Shown here: positions 1 through 12,800 of the stretch, in pieces
Layout: every line of letters begins with the position of its first letter
Position numbering within the stretch: the stretch's first letter is position 1
From: Marsupella aquatica
Taxonomy: Eukaryota > Plantae > Marchantiophyta
DNA length: 64,000 nt
NCBI GenBank assembly: GCA_973895155.1
Contig: OZ316895.1
Span: forward strand, 14,486,448 to 14,550,447
Reading direction: 5' to 3'
Position numbers and translations under genes: made by a program
The notes under the pieces: model-generated
Told to the model about the DNA's origin: nothing
The model's database searches: none
What the model saw: only the letters and a program-made list of their open reading frames with translations

Positions 1-962
1 TTCATGTGGCCAGGCTTGCCACAATTCCAACATGCAAGAGGCTTCCTCTCTTGCGATTTCCCTCTGGATTTAGATCTCCCCCGTGATGTAGATCTAAACC
101 TATTCTGTCCATTCGTGCGCTGCGCTGCTCTTCCCCTGTTCACATTGAGCGCAGTGCCAGAAGAAGATGCTGTCTGTGATTGACCCAGCTTCTTCTGAGC
201 ATCATCAGATAGTAATGAGCTCACCACCTCATTATACGAAATGGACTTCAGATCTCTATACAAGAGCACCTGTTTCAAGCCCTAATATGACGGCGGTAAG
301 GAGCTTAGCAGAAGCAAGGCCTTATCCTCATCTTCAACTCCTTTTCCCAAGTTTGATAGATCCACCGCTAGACTGTCAAACTCATCCAGATGATCTTGCA
401 TCTTGCTCCCTTCCTTGAGCCTGAGGCTCATCAAGAGAGACTTCTTGTACAGCCGATCTGACGTATCTTCCCGGTAGTACTTCTCTCTTAGAGCCTTGAA
501 CAGTGATGCGCAATCCGCATAATCATCCAGCTGCTTGATGATGTGCGGCTTCAGATAAAGCATCACTGCATTAAAAGCAATCACCTGCTCCTGTCTCCAC
601 TGCTTTTCTGAGATCTCCTCCTCTCCATCATACTGCTCTCGCGAAGAGAGCAGATGAGCTAAGCCCATGGCCCGAAGAACACCCTTCACTTGCTTCTCCC
701 ACAGCAAGTAATCAGTACGACCATCATACTTCTCCACCTCAAACTTCACTCCTCCAAATCTAGCCATCTCCCTCTTCTTTCCCACTACCGATAGCTCTGG
801 TAGTAACACAGCTTCCTCCACTGCACGCCGCACCGGTGATCGTACCGGTGTCACTAGTTCTTCCTCAAACGGTAGCAGCTCCTCCTCAGACTCTCCGTCT
901 GACCATCGCGATCCTGAAGCTCCACCGACGCCAATTCTTCCAGTATCCTCCGAGTCACTCAT
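1..962 (-). pseudogene. Copia gag (UBN2/Retrotran_gag_2-like) with zinc knuckle, one in-frame stop
   Basis: KFEVEKYDGRTDYLLW...LLLLSSLPPSY is typical copia gag. After a TAG at 282-284 the same frame continues GLKQVLLYRD...RGRSKSRGK...CWNCGKPGHM, the start of a CX2CX4HX4C knuckle cut by the window edge. Confidence 0.9.
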
Positions 963-2583
963 ATGAAACAATCACGAAAAAACGTCTTTTTTCGAAACTT
1001 CTCATAAAACTCAAAACTCAACACCGCCGCGTAGCCCACGAAGCTAGGAGTCCAATACTGAAAGCCGAAATCAAAATTGAAATTCGACGGAAAAGTTATT
1101 CAAATTTTGGTCGGGGTGGGTAAAACCTTGGGAAACTCCCCCGTTTTGACCACCTCGGAGAATAACCGAAATACCAAGTACAACCCGTCGTCGGAATCGC
1201 GATGTGATCGGTGCGCCGCGTTGCTAACTCCAGTGGCAACGTCCTCACCAAAAAAGAACCAAAAAAGTTACCGTTCGGCGGATGGAATCTTTGTCGGACG
1301 GCCGAAAAACAGCTCTCTGTTTTTCGGGAATATTCCCGCACAGTACAGCAGGTCTCACAGGGGGCCGTTCCCCCTGTCCAAGCGGTTAAAGTGCCGGGTC
1401 ACCGGGCCCGGGGAGAGCCAATCAAAAAAGCCGGGAGGAAAGTTTAAAAAATTGGCCCTTAAAAGGGGGTTTAAGCCCCTTTAAAGAAAAATACGCCCAA
1501 AACGCGCATACGCGAGGCGGGCCAGACAGGGTACAGGGTATTCGTGTGGGATACAGGAGGGCGTGGGGGTGACTTTGCGGCCGTCGGGGCGGGCGTAGGC
1601 GCGGCCGGCTGCAGTCACCGGTGGTGTGCGGGGTCACAATCGGCGGCCACAACCCATGGCTGGCAGACTGCCGGCGGGAGGGAGCGCGTGGGCGGGGAGG
1701 GGGCGGTGAGGCGCACAAAGCGCTGGCCGGCGCTGCGTAGCCCGCCGCGGTCGCGGCTTCGACCAGGTACACGGGAGGCTGGAGCGCGACGGTATGCGGG
1801 CCGGGACGGGCGTAAACGTGTGTGTATACACACGTTTTTGTGTGTATAAACACACAAAACGTTTTTAAACCCCTCTAAAAGCAAAAGATGACCTCAACCC
1901 AAAAAATTTGAGTTCTCACCTTAATAGCCGCTGTTTCAAACGAGAAAAGCGAATGCCGCCAACAGGAAAAGTTGCCGAATTGTACCGGCACAGTCTGCAG
2001 CTCCTGTAGAGTAAAAAATTTCCACCACGTCGCCTTCACTCCGCGTCAAGTGCCAATCCCGGGCTCAAAACGACCGCCTCACCGCGATCAAACCGTTGAG
2101 CCGTGGCACTTCGCATCTCTTCCACCGAGTCGGACGGCACGAAGAGAAAACCGGTTCAGATGAGAACAAGCTCCATAGCTTGTGAAAAAAAACCTGAACG
2201 CCTCCTTTACTCGTCACGACGCACTCGGTAACAACTCGACAGCAATCCAGCTACCGAAATGACCAGTTCGCATCAACCTTCAACTTAAGCTATAATGTGT
2301 GATCCCCCGAACACCGCACAGCTCACACCGTTGAACAACGCAAACTCTGGTCTCTCCCCCGAAAACCCGTCGAACACGAATAAAACTTGAACGACGCAAA
2401 CTTCAATTCCTCCGCACCACGGATACCGATCAGCGAGTTCTAACCACCGTTAGAAAGCCCTCTCACTAACCTATCCGCACAACCACATACATTTGAGTTT
2501 CATGCGATGAAACTCCGAATGTACCATCGACAATGAACGCTGGAAAAACCTGTCACGAAAAAACCTCGTCACCTCCCAGGCAT

Positions 2584-2595
2584 GCTCTGATACCA
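2584..2595 (-). promoter_or_regulatory. Primer binding site (tRNA-iMet)
   Basis: TGGTATCAGAGC, 2 nt downstream of the LTR end. Confidence 0.95.
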
Positions 2596-2597
2596 CT

Positions 2598-2941
2598 TGT
2601 TGAGCATAGACGACATTCGTAACGGCAAGCCCGTGAACCATCCAACGCACAATAGTCGACACAGAGAGATACGTGGTTCACCTCCACATGAGGCTACGTC
2701 CACGGGAACACACAAGAGCTTTACTGCACTCTAGGCCGACCGGCCATACCAAGCATCCACAGCACAAGCTCTCCTTATCTCTCAACTAGCTCCGTAACAA
2801 TGAGCCTAAGTTCCACCAGGGTCTGGCATCAGCCCTGGCTATATACACAACAGCACTAGCGCTAACATTAGCTAAGTCCTAACCCAAGTTAGACTAACTG
2901 TGGTTAGCTCATGAGTCACAAGACTAGAGCAATATCTAACA
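2598..2941 (-). repeat. 5' LTR of copia element (344 bp)
   Basis: TG...CA termini, adjacent PBS, and the plant copia LTR motif CCCGTGGACGTAGCC...GAACCACGT (2692-2706 and nearby). Confidence 0.92.
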
Positions 2942-2944
2942 GTT

Positions 2945-3230
2945 AGTACTATACTTAGGGAGTCTCAAAGCTTCATAGTCACACATATGGCTTTTGGCCA
3001 TAAACAAATAGCAATAGTTTGTCATAGGGCACTTGAAAAAAATCACTAGTCTCTAGAGTGACTTATGGTCCTCTCATATGACCAAGCTTGATGGCAGAAA
3101 GTTATGTTATATAGTGAATTTGGTACTCCATAACGTTTTTTGTAAGTAACCTGAACTACTAAGTAATTAAGTTAATATACCAATCTTGATGGCAAAAAGT
3201 TGAAGATAGTGAATTTGAGTGGTGGGTCCC
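2945..3230. repeat. Dispersed AT-rich repeat, inverted homolog of ~16,740-17,130
   Basis: Shared blocks in the same order on opposite strands: AAGCTTCATAG, GACTTRTGGTC..CATATGACCA, ATGGCAGAAAGTTAT, TGAATTTGGTA.TCCATA. Confidence 0.7.
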
Positions 3231-3276
3231 AGCACCCACGCCTAAGTGCCCCTGGTGCCCAAACGCCTCCACGGAA

Positions 3277-3548
3277 TGTTAAAAACCGTCAGCTCAGACG
3301 AGGCAACAATGCGGAACATGCACGAAATTGCACACAATCTCATTCTAGTATACCTACAAGACACCAATGATGAAGAAACACTTGAAGGCTCATGAGGGAG
3401 AGAATGCTTTCCCTCCAACCTATACCCCCAAGGGGGACTAAGACGTGTGGGTCTAAATAAGTGGATCTTATCCTAAACTAACCAAGGGTCAACTAACCCT
3501 AGCAAGGCCAAACTAACTAAAGTCAGGAACTTGAGTCAGTTCCTAACA
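3277..3548. mobile_element. Probable solo LTR of a second family (272 bp)
   Basis: TGTTA...TAACA termini; flanks CGGAA and CAGAA form a 5-bp TSD with one mismatch. Confidence 0.6.
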
Positions 3549-5025
3549 CAGAACTCCTCGAGCAATCAACTTGATCCCCCTTGCGCTGATCGCGACCCCT
3601 TTCATACGAAGCCGCACTTGCTCCCTAACGCGACCGTTACTCAACAGTCCTCACAATCTGCACAAGCAACCAAGTACCTCGGTAAGTAACCCAACAAGAT
3701 CTAGATTTTCTCAAGTCTAGCATCCTAACTCAAACTCAACAGATATTTGGCAAGTAGGTCAACGATAGGTACTCCCGTTGCCATAAGCCGGAACCAAAGT
3801 CGACACCCACACTCGCACCCACAGCTCGTCCAGAACATCCCCTCTTTGGGTGCAGTCCGAGTTCCCCCTCATACCTATTTATCACCAACTGACCGCCCTG
3901 CCCCAAGGACATGCTCATGGCCCAAATAACGTAGCTTGTCCTAAAGCTTGTACCAACACGCCGGGACCAGAATGACCCCTACTCTAGCAACCCACTCGTG
4001 GTTCTCACCTCACTGATGGCCTAGGGGCCAAGTGCCCTTGGAACTCAACCTCCATGCCTACTTGGTCTTGCCTCCCCAAAACAAGCTTCCTTGGAAGACT
4101 GAACGCGACTGACTGTTGTTTCAGTAGGATTTGGCAAGCGGGCAAGATAACTTCTGCAAACCCCGAGAACCCATAGCGCCCCTAGACCTAGTTGAGCTCA
4201 AGAGGATGTAGTCCTCTTGAGAGCTTTCCAATGCACCCAAGGTCCTCCAATAGACTTCCTGTTGAGAAGTTATTGTTGTTTCAGTTTGACGTTTTCCCTT
4301 AGTGAGATCATGACCGCCGCGACCCACAACTTTGGCTCGCCCTTAGCCCCTAGGGAGACACCACTCCCCTCATATATGATTCTGGAGACCTGCCACCCTT
4401 AGAATTGCTTTGGTCCCCAAATTTTGGCCCCCCACCTAGACCCCAACCTGTATGTCTGGGCGCGCCATCAACTGGCTATGCCCATAATTTTCTAGTTAGG
4501 CGTCCATAAGCAGAGTGCTTTAGCCTGTTGTGATTGGGCCAACCCAGTGCTCATGCCTAGGCCCTCAGAATCCGTCATCCCCGAGACCCCCAATCGGCCA
4601 AACCCAGATCGGGCCGTAGCTCGTGCCCCAAGCGTCCGTTGCCAATGGAGTAAACACAATTTGCCTTGGGCCCAAGAGGAGCTCTCACTCAAGCCCTCAT
4701 AACTCAAAGTCCGTCCGGGGGTCTAGATGGTCGACCATGAGTCCGGCCCTTTCCCCTTGACCCGACCAGTCCTCAGCTAGTCTAAGTCCTTAATGTGTGT
4801 CATCAGCTTAGCGCCTTGCCTTTGCTAGTGCCACGCCCCATTGCCCACAAGTCTCCCCATGCTAAGTACTCCTCGAATGGCCATTTCGGGCCTGGACCAT
4901 GGGGGAGCTCGGCATTGGAGTCAACGATGCCAGAGCTAAGTGTTAAGGTACTCAAGTTCCGCGACTATTTTTGGGGGGATAATCCCTCTCCCGAGACACC
5001 ATGCACATGACAACACCATACAAAG

Positions 5026-5263
5026 TAGTCGACACAGCGAATACGTGGTTCACCTCATGACCTAGGCTACGTCCACGGGAAAGCAAGAGACCTTTACTTC
5101 TCTCTTGCTCAACTCCAACAATGAACTGAAGATCCACTAGGGATTGGCACCAGCCCTGGCTATATACACAACAGCACTACCGCTAACCTGAGCTAAGTCC
5201 TAACCTGAGTTAGCCTAACTGTGGTTAGCTCAAGAGTCACAAGACTAAGAGCAATACCTAACA
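5026..5263 (-). repeat. Copia LTR copy, same family as 2598-2941 (left boundary uncertain, possibly TGTT at 4941)
   Basis: Near-identical blocks GGCTACGTCCACGGGA, CAGCCCTGGCTATATACACAACAGCACTA, TAACTGTGGTTAGCTC and terminal ...CTAACA; no TSD found. Confidence 0.8.
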
Positions 5264-5294
5264 TATTTGGTATTCTGTAACTTTTTATGTCCGA

Positions 5295-5560
5295 AACCTT
5301 AATTACTAAGTTAAGGTCCATCAAGTTCTGAGTTTTGAGACCCCCTCTCATACAACTTTCTCTGGAGGAAACCTTAACTACTTACTAAGTTAAGGTCCAA
5401 ATATTAAATTCTGAGTCCTTTTATACAAGTTTTTCTGTCCTAGACCTTAATTACTAAGTTAAGGTCCATCAAATTCTGAGTCTTGAGACAGTCAATTATA
5501 CAAATTTTCATGTATGAAACCTTAATCTTAATTTTAATTACTAAGTTAAGGTCCATCACA
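5295..5560. repeat. Imperfect tandem repeat, ~75-bp period, 4 copies
   Basis: Core TTACTAAGTTAAGGTCCA, preceded by CCTTAA, recurs near 5297, 5372, 5445 and 5521; an inverted copy lies at ~16,210-16,270. Confidence 0.85.
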
Positions 5561-6233
5561 TTGTCCTCACATGCTAGTTTTGAGACCCCTCGTACGTGTT
5601 TTGAGACTCCTTATTATGTAAGGATAACGGCATACTTAAGACGATTCCTTCACCACTCGCTGTGTGCATGTGGTAGTGGGTCCCTGGATCCCCTGTTTGG
5701 CGTCCAGACATATCCCCCCGGCAGCTTACCATTGCCCGTGCGCCCTTCATCCATGGTGCCACTAATCTCATCACCCACCTCGGCAGCTGAACGAAGGAGT
5801 TCGTCGCTGCACGAGAAGAAATGGCGGAATGCGCTTGCTGGGCTGAGGGTTAGCAAACACTACACTAGCAGCAGAAGAATCAGCCGATCGCCCAGGCTTT
5901 GGATTCGGCCAGGAAGAGCGGAGCAGAGCTGCGATTCTGTTTTGATTTTCTTGCAGCTTTGGTTTTTGTTTCTGGATGTGGCCTCGGTTTGAGCTGCACT
6001 AGGACCCATTGCTGCCCGGCAGAAAGCTGCAATTCAGGTGTGGATCTCGATCGGAGGCCAAAGCGAGTGCTCTTGGAGAAATTCGAGGATTGTGAGGTGC
6101 TGTTCCCCCATTTTTCCCATTTCAGCTGGGTTTCCGGTGTTCCTATCAATTGTAGTAGAGCTGGTCATTCAATTGATGCTTGTCATCAGCACTGTGTTGA
6201 GTTTGGTGATTCTGGCCGTGAGAAATGCAGATT

Positions 6234-8742
6234 ATGGCTCAGTGTCTGCTTTCTGCTCCTTGGTTCGTACGGGGAGGAATCGTTGTTCCACACGAGGAAA
6301 GTGGACTACAGAATAAGGTCGCAGCCGGATTTACGAACTTGAAGTGCAATGCCACGTATGGTAATCATCTTGGCAATTATCACAGTATTTCAAGTTACAA
6401 GAGGCAGCAGAAGAAGTTTGGTATGCCGGTGCCGTCAGGTTATGTCGCCGCGCTTCTAGGGGAACAGAAACTCACGGCAGCAGAGGGAAACTTTAATCCA
6501 GACACAGTGGAAGAAGCAATAAGTCAGGTATTTCCCATTCCCATATCGTCAAGTTCTCGATTTCCTCATTTTTCGGACATGAGCATTCAAATCTCAGATC
6601 TTGCAACTTGGAAAAGCAATGCTGCCGTCAGGAGCCTGGGTGTTGACCATAGGTTCCGGTGATGTGCCAGTAGGCATGGGGAGCTGTGCAAAGGGCCGTC
6701 GCGGATGGCAAGAAACGGCAACAGCTGCAGATTCTGCTTCCGGTGGACCAACGCCAATTCAACTATCGTGATACTGAACCCAGGTCGGTAGACTGCACGG
6801 CATGGCTATCTGGTTGTCTCTAATTGCTGGGGAGACCTTCGTAACCTTGGTTGGAATTCTGGAACATAATGATTCCCTAGTAGTCATCATTGTGGTGCTC
6901 ACATTCCCTTTTAGTGAATTGAGGTAGGGACTACTGAGTTGGTTTAGTAGGTCCTTGGGCATTAGTCAACCAGAAGGAAAGGTTTATTCTCATCGGACTG
7001 GGGACTCTCAGCTTGACAAGGGAAAATGTCAAGTTGTAGTTCATGCTGTAAGTGCAGGGATTATCCTTGTGGCATAGGTGAAGAATTTGCAGTATGCCAA
7101 AAGGTCGTGTCTGCACTATTTAAGCAAAAGGAGAAGAAGGAACTTATCTCAAGACGTATTGGGGAAGCTGACAATGAGATGGATCCTGTGGGCCTGATTT
7201 ACCCCGCTGATAAGTCTATTGCTGCGATTGTATTCCCTATTACCGAGACATTGAAGCAGGTATGTACTTCGTTGATTCTGAAATCGCTCCAAAAAAGTAC
7301 GTCTTTCAATGATCAATTCTGACGATCTACAACATGTATGACTTATTGTAGTAGTTTGGTTGCAGTTAGCTGGGTAGCTAATGTCATCAATACAACCAAA
7401 GGACGAGCGACTGACAAAACCTGTTGGCACAGAAAAACTACTTTTGGGCTTACCTTCCAACAAATGCTTGTGAAATTGTATCTTGTGACAACAGATACAA
7501 TTTATTCTTGATAAACATTGACTGGATGTATATTCGTACAATGCTGTCTGATGTCAGATTGAGTCTCTTGCCAGCAAAGATGAGAACATGCCTTTGCTAC
7601 TTGTAAATCCACAATGGCGGTCAGCAGGCAATATTGTGTCGGATTTTGGCTTTGGTCCATGGAGAAGGTACAACGTTTTTGGATATTCATGATTTGAATT
7701 TTCGGGAAGAGCTAACGAAGAATCACGTATTACAGAGTCTGTCAGACACAGCTTTCTGGTCTAAGCTATAGCTATGGGACTGATCATAACAAGAAGCTCA
7801 GATGACTTTGGCAGATTTTTAGCTCTAATGTCTTGTCCTCTGTTCTGACTGACAACAGGAAGAAGGAAGAATTCGTTAACACGTTTACGACAACTTACAC
7901 ATTGTTGGAGCAGCGAGTCGGAGAGGCCTCCAATGTAACGCAAGGCTTTGGTGGAGTTGTGAGAATATTGAAATGCTACCCAGGTGACTGGCGAGTAAGG
8001 TTCCTCGCACCATCAGAACCTATAACTTGGCACAACTCCTTGTAAAGAAGTACACATAGCAGCTACTAAACAAAACAGATTGAGAGCAATTGCAAAGCTT
8101 GGTATCTCTAAAAGTTGTCTTCAAAACCAATTCTGGTACGCGTCCTATTTCCTAAATAGGATATCGTATTGGATAGCAAGAACGCTGATGCGATACACTT
8201 TATGATATCATAATTTGGGATAAAATAGTGCCTACTAAGTAGCGGGCAAGCTAACTCGAAATGGAATCAATTTTGTGGGATAGGTGTATCTCATGGATCC
8301 AGACGGTACAAGTGAAATGATTGGGGAGTATCCCGAAAGACCCTCATACAAAGTTCTCGAGCAGCTCGTAATTGAGGTACGAGCTTACTCATTAGTTGAA
8401 GACCTGCAATAGCCATTTGCTTCACTAGAAGGATTACATCTCCAAGTTTACATATCAGCTCTAGTTTGAATTCTGGTCCTGCCTGACCGATCTATCTCAT
8501 AAATTCTGTACTTACAGGCAAGGAAAACAATACCTTGGAAAGCTCCCCCTCGGATCCTGGGTGGATCGGAGCCAGCACCTCCTCCTCTACCGAAGTCCTT
8601 ATCAGGATACTTGGCAGACGCCGATATTGATGAAATGGACGTGGTGGAAGTAAGACGAGCTCTTATGGCTCTGGGTCTTCCCAGCTCTGGAAGAATTGCT
8701 ATATTGAAAGATAGACTGAAAGAAGCTCAGAAGAAGATGTAA
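6234..8742 (+). CDS. DUF1995 (LPA3-like) protein with putative plastid transit peptide and C-terminal SAP domain, ~389 aa, 7 exons
   Basis: GT-AG exons 6234-6527, 6674-6783, 7058-7259, 7558-7667, 7859-7994, 8284-8376, 8518-8742 join in frame. DUF1995-like motifs PDTVEEAISQAWGAVQRAVADGKKRQQLQILLP, PLLLVNPQW..SDFGFG, ILKCYPGDW and ERPSY; C-terminus IDEMDVVEVRRALMALGLPSSGRIAILKDRL is SAP-like. Confidence 0.82.
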
Positions 8743-9857
8743 AGACCAGTCCAACCAATGTGACTTATGTAGTTATGATCAGCAACAGACTAATTCGGTT
8801 TAAAGAGTTTTGTGCTCGAATCTATCTCGTGCAGGTCGACAATATTCGAATGTTTTTGGAAGAGACGAGTGGCAACCCTCTCATATGGTATGACGTATTA
8901 GTTCGTTACCGGGAAGCACATCAACAGGCATTGCCATACGAAAAGTGCTTAGAAGATCACTTCTTTCTTTCAAATCGATTGACGACAGGTTGTATCAAAT
9001 GCTGTTTGAAAACGTTCGAGGCAAATTCCTGCCGGGCAGCGGGAAGCAATCCTGTGATTGTAACTGAATGGAATTTAGTAATATCTAATGTCATAACTCG
9101 TAAATTTGGTCCAATGTGCGAATCAAGCAAGTTGCCATCACATCTAGTTTTCATGCGACAAATTTGGCAAAATACCGTCTTCTGTATTAGTGACAAAATA
9201 CCGTCCACCTCAAATGCAACTGACTTGCTCACTTCCGCAATCAGCGATGAAAAGCCCATAGTTCTCACTCGTTGCATAAATCGACAGTGAAAACCTGTAG
9301 CCCCACCTGCGGTGAGGTTCTGACACTTCTAAAATATTACAAAGCGAATACTACGAGTGTCTATCATGCTTTAGTTTGAACCCTAAGAACCATGGGCCCT
9401 TCGCGTTTTGGGCCATGTCTTCAACAGAGCCCACTTCAAATCCTGGAAGATTTGCCTTAGGGCAGGGACTAAGCACACTAATGACAAAAAAGGCCCTGCA
9501 GTGCTTGCAATTACTGTGCTGGCTCTAACTACCACATTTCCCTGGTTCATTTTAACGAACTCATTGCCCCGGTCGTAGAAGTTCTAAACATGTTCTGAAG
9601 AATTGACAGGGTAACGTTTTGAGTCCCTTCATGGTACATGTTTTTATTCTACATCTGATGGGTCCGTGTTAAATTTTGAATCCTACGAACCCGCCAACCG
9701 TGAAGAGCGCCATCTCCAGTACTTCCATCAGCTTGCCGGAAACAGGCCAAAATGGAATGCAGATTTAGTGGTAACACAGGCCCTGCCAGTGGCTGGTCCT
9801 GGGTAGCATTCCATGTTTGACTGGTTGTATAGAAGATCAAGTTTGCTCTTATCAGCT

Positions 9858-12800
9858 TTACGCCTCCCAATCAGAAGTTTGTTTGGCGTCAAATTCTTCT
9901 GAGGTTTCGTCTATTCTCGCCAATGCTCTTCTTGCCTGTTTCACAGCAATTGAGATGCGCGGTTAAAAATGGGGAAAGTCTCACGGGGAAGCACATCAGC
10001 TCCTTCCCCTCCTCGTAGCACTTTTGCCATGGAAACATTGTATCTTCGAAAGATGATATCCGTTAAAGGAATGTCGATTAACTGTTAGGTGTTCGTCTTA
10101 GGTCGGATGAGTATTTCGAATATGATTCTCTGGTGACATGCACAGTAATAAAGAAACGAACAGCAACATAACTTTCGATGATGTAAACTCTCCTAAATAT
10201 GAGCAGTTGTGTGGATACTCTGAAGGAAATCAAATACTACCTCGTAGACCCAATCGGTTTTTCCTGCGAGCACGGTTTGGCCCACAATCTGCACAAAGAC
10301 TCCAACCATCATACCCCACCACAGTCCCTGCAGAAGTACACCTTCCACATAAGAAAGAGGAAGAATCACTCATCCTCGCATACAAATCCACTGACGACGA
10401 CGGCAAGTTCCGGATCATCCAACAAACTGGGAGCTTCCGTTGACGAGTTAAACATGGGAAAGAAATTAAATGGAGGAAAACATATTAATTCGCAACTAAG
10501 TTCAACAGCATTGTGCACCGCTAATTATATCTCAGCCTCAATTTGCAGTTTACGGCAGCCACAATGATTTCCCAGAGCGCTCAATTGTTCGCAGTTTGAC
10601 ATCGAATGTAATGAGTCAAACAATTCAAAGTTGAACTTGCTGGGTTGATGCATACCTGCACGCCAAACTGTTTTCTAATTCCAATGTAGTAGGCAGCTGG
10701 TAAGGCAATGCCATACAGAGCCACACCGTTAACAATAGAGCCACCAAGCTGCTGACCTGATCCCCTCAGTACTCCTGACATTCATCGACACGAACCGCTT
10801 GTTACAAAGTGGGCTGGAATAGAAGGTGCTGCCATTCCTTTTCTCAGGGGAAAAAGGTAGCCAGCTTTCATATCCCAGCATCCACCTCAAGACGGACAGC
10901 TCTTCAACCTCAAAAATTAAATATAGTGTTATGGTCTCTATGCAATTCCAGCCCAAAACACGGCCGCAGGAGCTTCCAAGATATACTTTACCTGATAAGA
11001 CAGTGCTCAATGACACCCCAACTATCGAAATTACGATACTGGGCATCAGAGAAGCAACGAGCTGTACCACCTCCGTTTCAGAAGGGTTCGTGAAGAGAAG
11101 GGCCCACTCATTGCGAGAAACAATGAGCACTATTGCTAGTATTCCACCCGCTATTGTCGCCAAAACCAAACCAACACATCCTGCCCATTTTGCTCTTCCT
11201 GGCCTCTGAGCACCGAGTTCATTTGCTACTCGAACACTGCTTGACAGCCAACGTTAGATGAGTGTTAGAGGTATATTGCTCGCAACTGACCGAAGATGGA
11301 TATTTGAAACAACCCACACATTTTGCTTTCCTCCATTTCATCCTTTTCTTGTGATACGTTAAGCGAAACAGAGGGCACTAAGAACAGGGTCAATGTGCAG
11401 CTCACCCGACTGATGTAGCAAGCCCAAGCGGCAGCATGAAGCACAATCCAATAGTTTGGAAGCTGTCCATGTAACAATTGTCAGGTACTGAAATCTCTTC
11501 GTCATCTTCTTTTGTTAGCTTTATTTGTATATAAGCCAGAGAATTTTGGCATCAGTACTAAAGTGTTGCAGTAAGCACGAGAAGTCACTGAAAAAGTCGT
11601 CCCTAAAATAATTTATTGAATTGAGAAGCTGACCTTATGGTCATGGCTGACACATTCACATCTGGATGAGGTAACCATCCTGCCATTATCTGAATAATCT
11701 CAAAGACCCACCATTCAAAGCTGACAAGGGCCAAAACAGAACAATGTAACAGATTATAAGAGAATGTAAGATGTGGACAAGAGAAAGGAAAGGACATTTC
11801 ATCAAAGAAAGGAACCACAGGTTCAGAGAGTATGCTGGCCCAGGCTCATAGACAAGTCTGTAGCCTTGTAATTCAACGGACCGCACATTCTAATGACACT
11901 TTGAAATCTGTCATTTACAAGGGCATGTACAGACCAGATACTGTAGTTCATCTCTTTCTCAGAATAGTTGATGATAACTTACGAGGTCATGGCACAAGCT
12001 GGCAGAGCTAGAGAAAGAAATGGGCCCAAATTCCGAAAAGCCGCTAGTGTCCAACCAGGCCAGGTACGCTCAAGGATCCCAGATCGTTCGAAGTTCAGAT
12101 ACAGCACCAGCAGTATTAAAGTAAAGGTGTTTGAGGCACTATTGGAGATCGAGGCCCCAATATAGCCCAACTTGAGTGCATAGATAAAAAACCAGCACAG
12201 AGGGACGTGCAGACATAAAACCATGCAAGAGATGAAGGCCAGGGGGGAGGTAACCCCTTGCACTTGTAAGAACTTAACCACCGGCAGGAAGCAAGCTGTT
12301 GCAAAGAGACCTGGAAGCATGTACAACACGTATTTTCCTGACAACTCAACAATTTCTGGGGCCTGCATCCAGAAAAAAACAGTGCGATTATCTTCTACTT
12401 TCGCATCGTCCAAGCCATGTAGTCCAAATTAAGAAAAGGACAGTGAATGCCCCTAAAGTCTTTCCAGTTAAATAATATCAAAGCTACCTGGCCCCAGAAG
12501 AGAAGGACTGCCGGTGAATATAGCCAAAGGATGCTGATTGGTATGCAAAACATCAACAGGACAAGAATCCCACGTTGAAGCAGAAGACCTGTCAGTTGAT
12601 GCTGCCCAGCACCGTGAGCTTGTCCAGCACTGGTTTCTAGTCCACCAGACAAACCCTCCTGCAAAACTCCTAGCACTTAGACATCTTGGGTCATTCAAAT
12701 TAACAAGAAGCTAGATAATCGAATCCTTTGCCTTGGATTCCGCCCATACATAAGCTTTGCGATTGTTACAAAGATCCAAGACAGGCCAGCATCAGCCCCA

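Larger units (their letters stand above)
1..2941 (-). mobile_element. Ty1/copia LTR retrotransposon, 5' portion (5' LTR, PBS, long leader, gag); continues beyond window start
   Basis: On the minus strand: LTR 2941-2598 (TGTT...AACA), then AG, then PBS TGGTATCAGAGC, ~1.6 kb leader, then a copia-type gag. Confidence 0.93.

Noticed and set aside
1077-1884. Overlapping ORFs in the copia leader
   Set aside because: GC-rich, no recognisable motifs, mutually overlapping.
3550-4940. Possible retroelement interior between LTR-like sequences
   Set aside because: Many stops and no gag/pol motif I can recognise; the flanking LTRs are not a matching pair.
5295-5560. Regularly spaced ~24-bp repeat resembling a CRISPR array
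   Set aside because: The intervening sequences are similar to each other, the context is eukaryotic and there are no cas genes; it is a tandem repeat.
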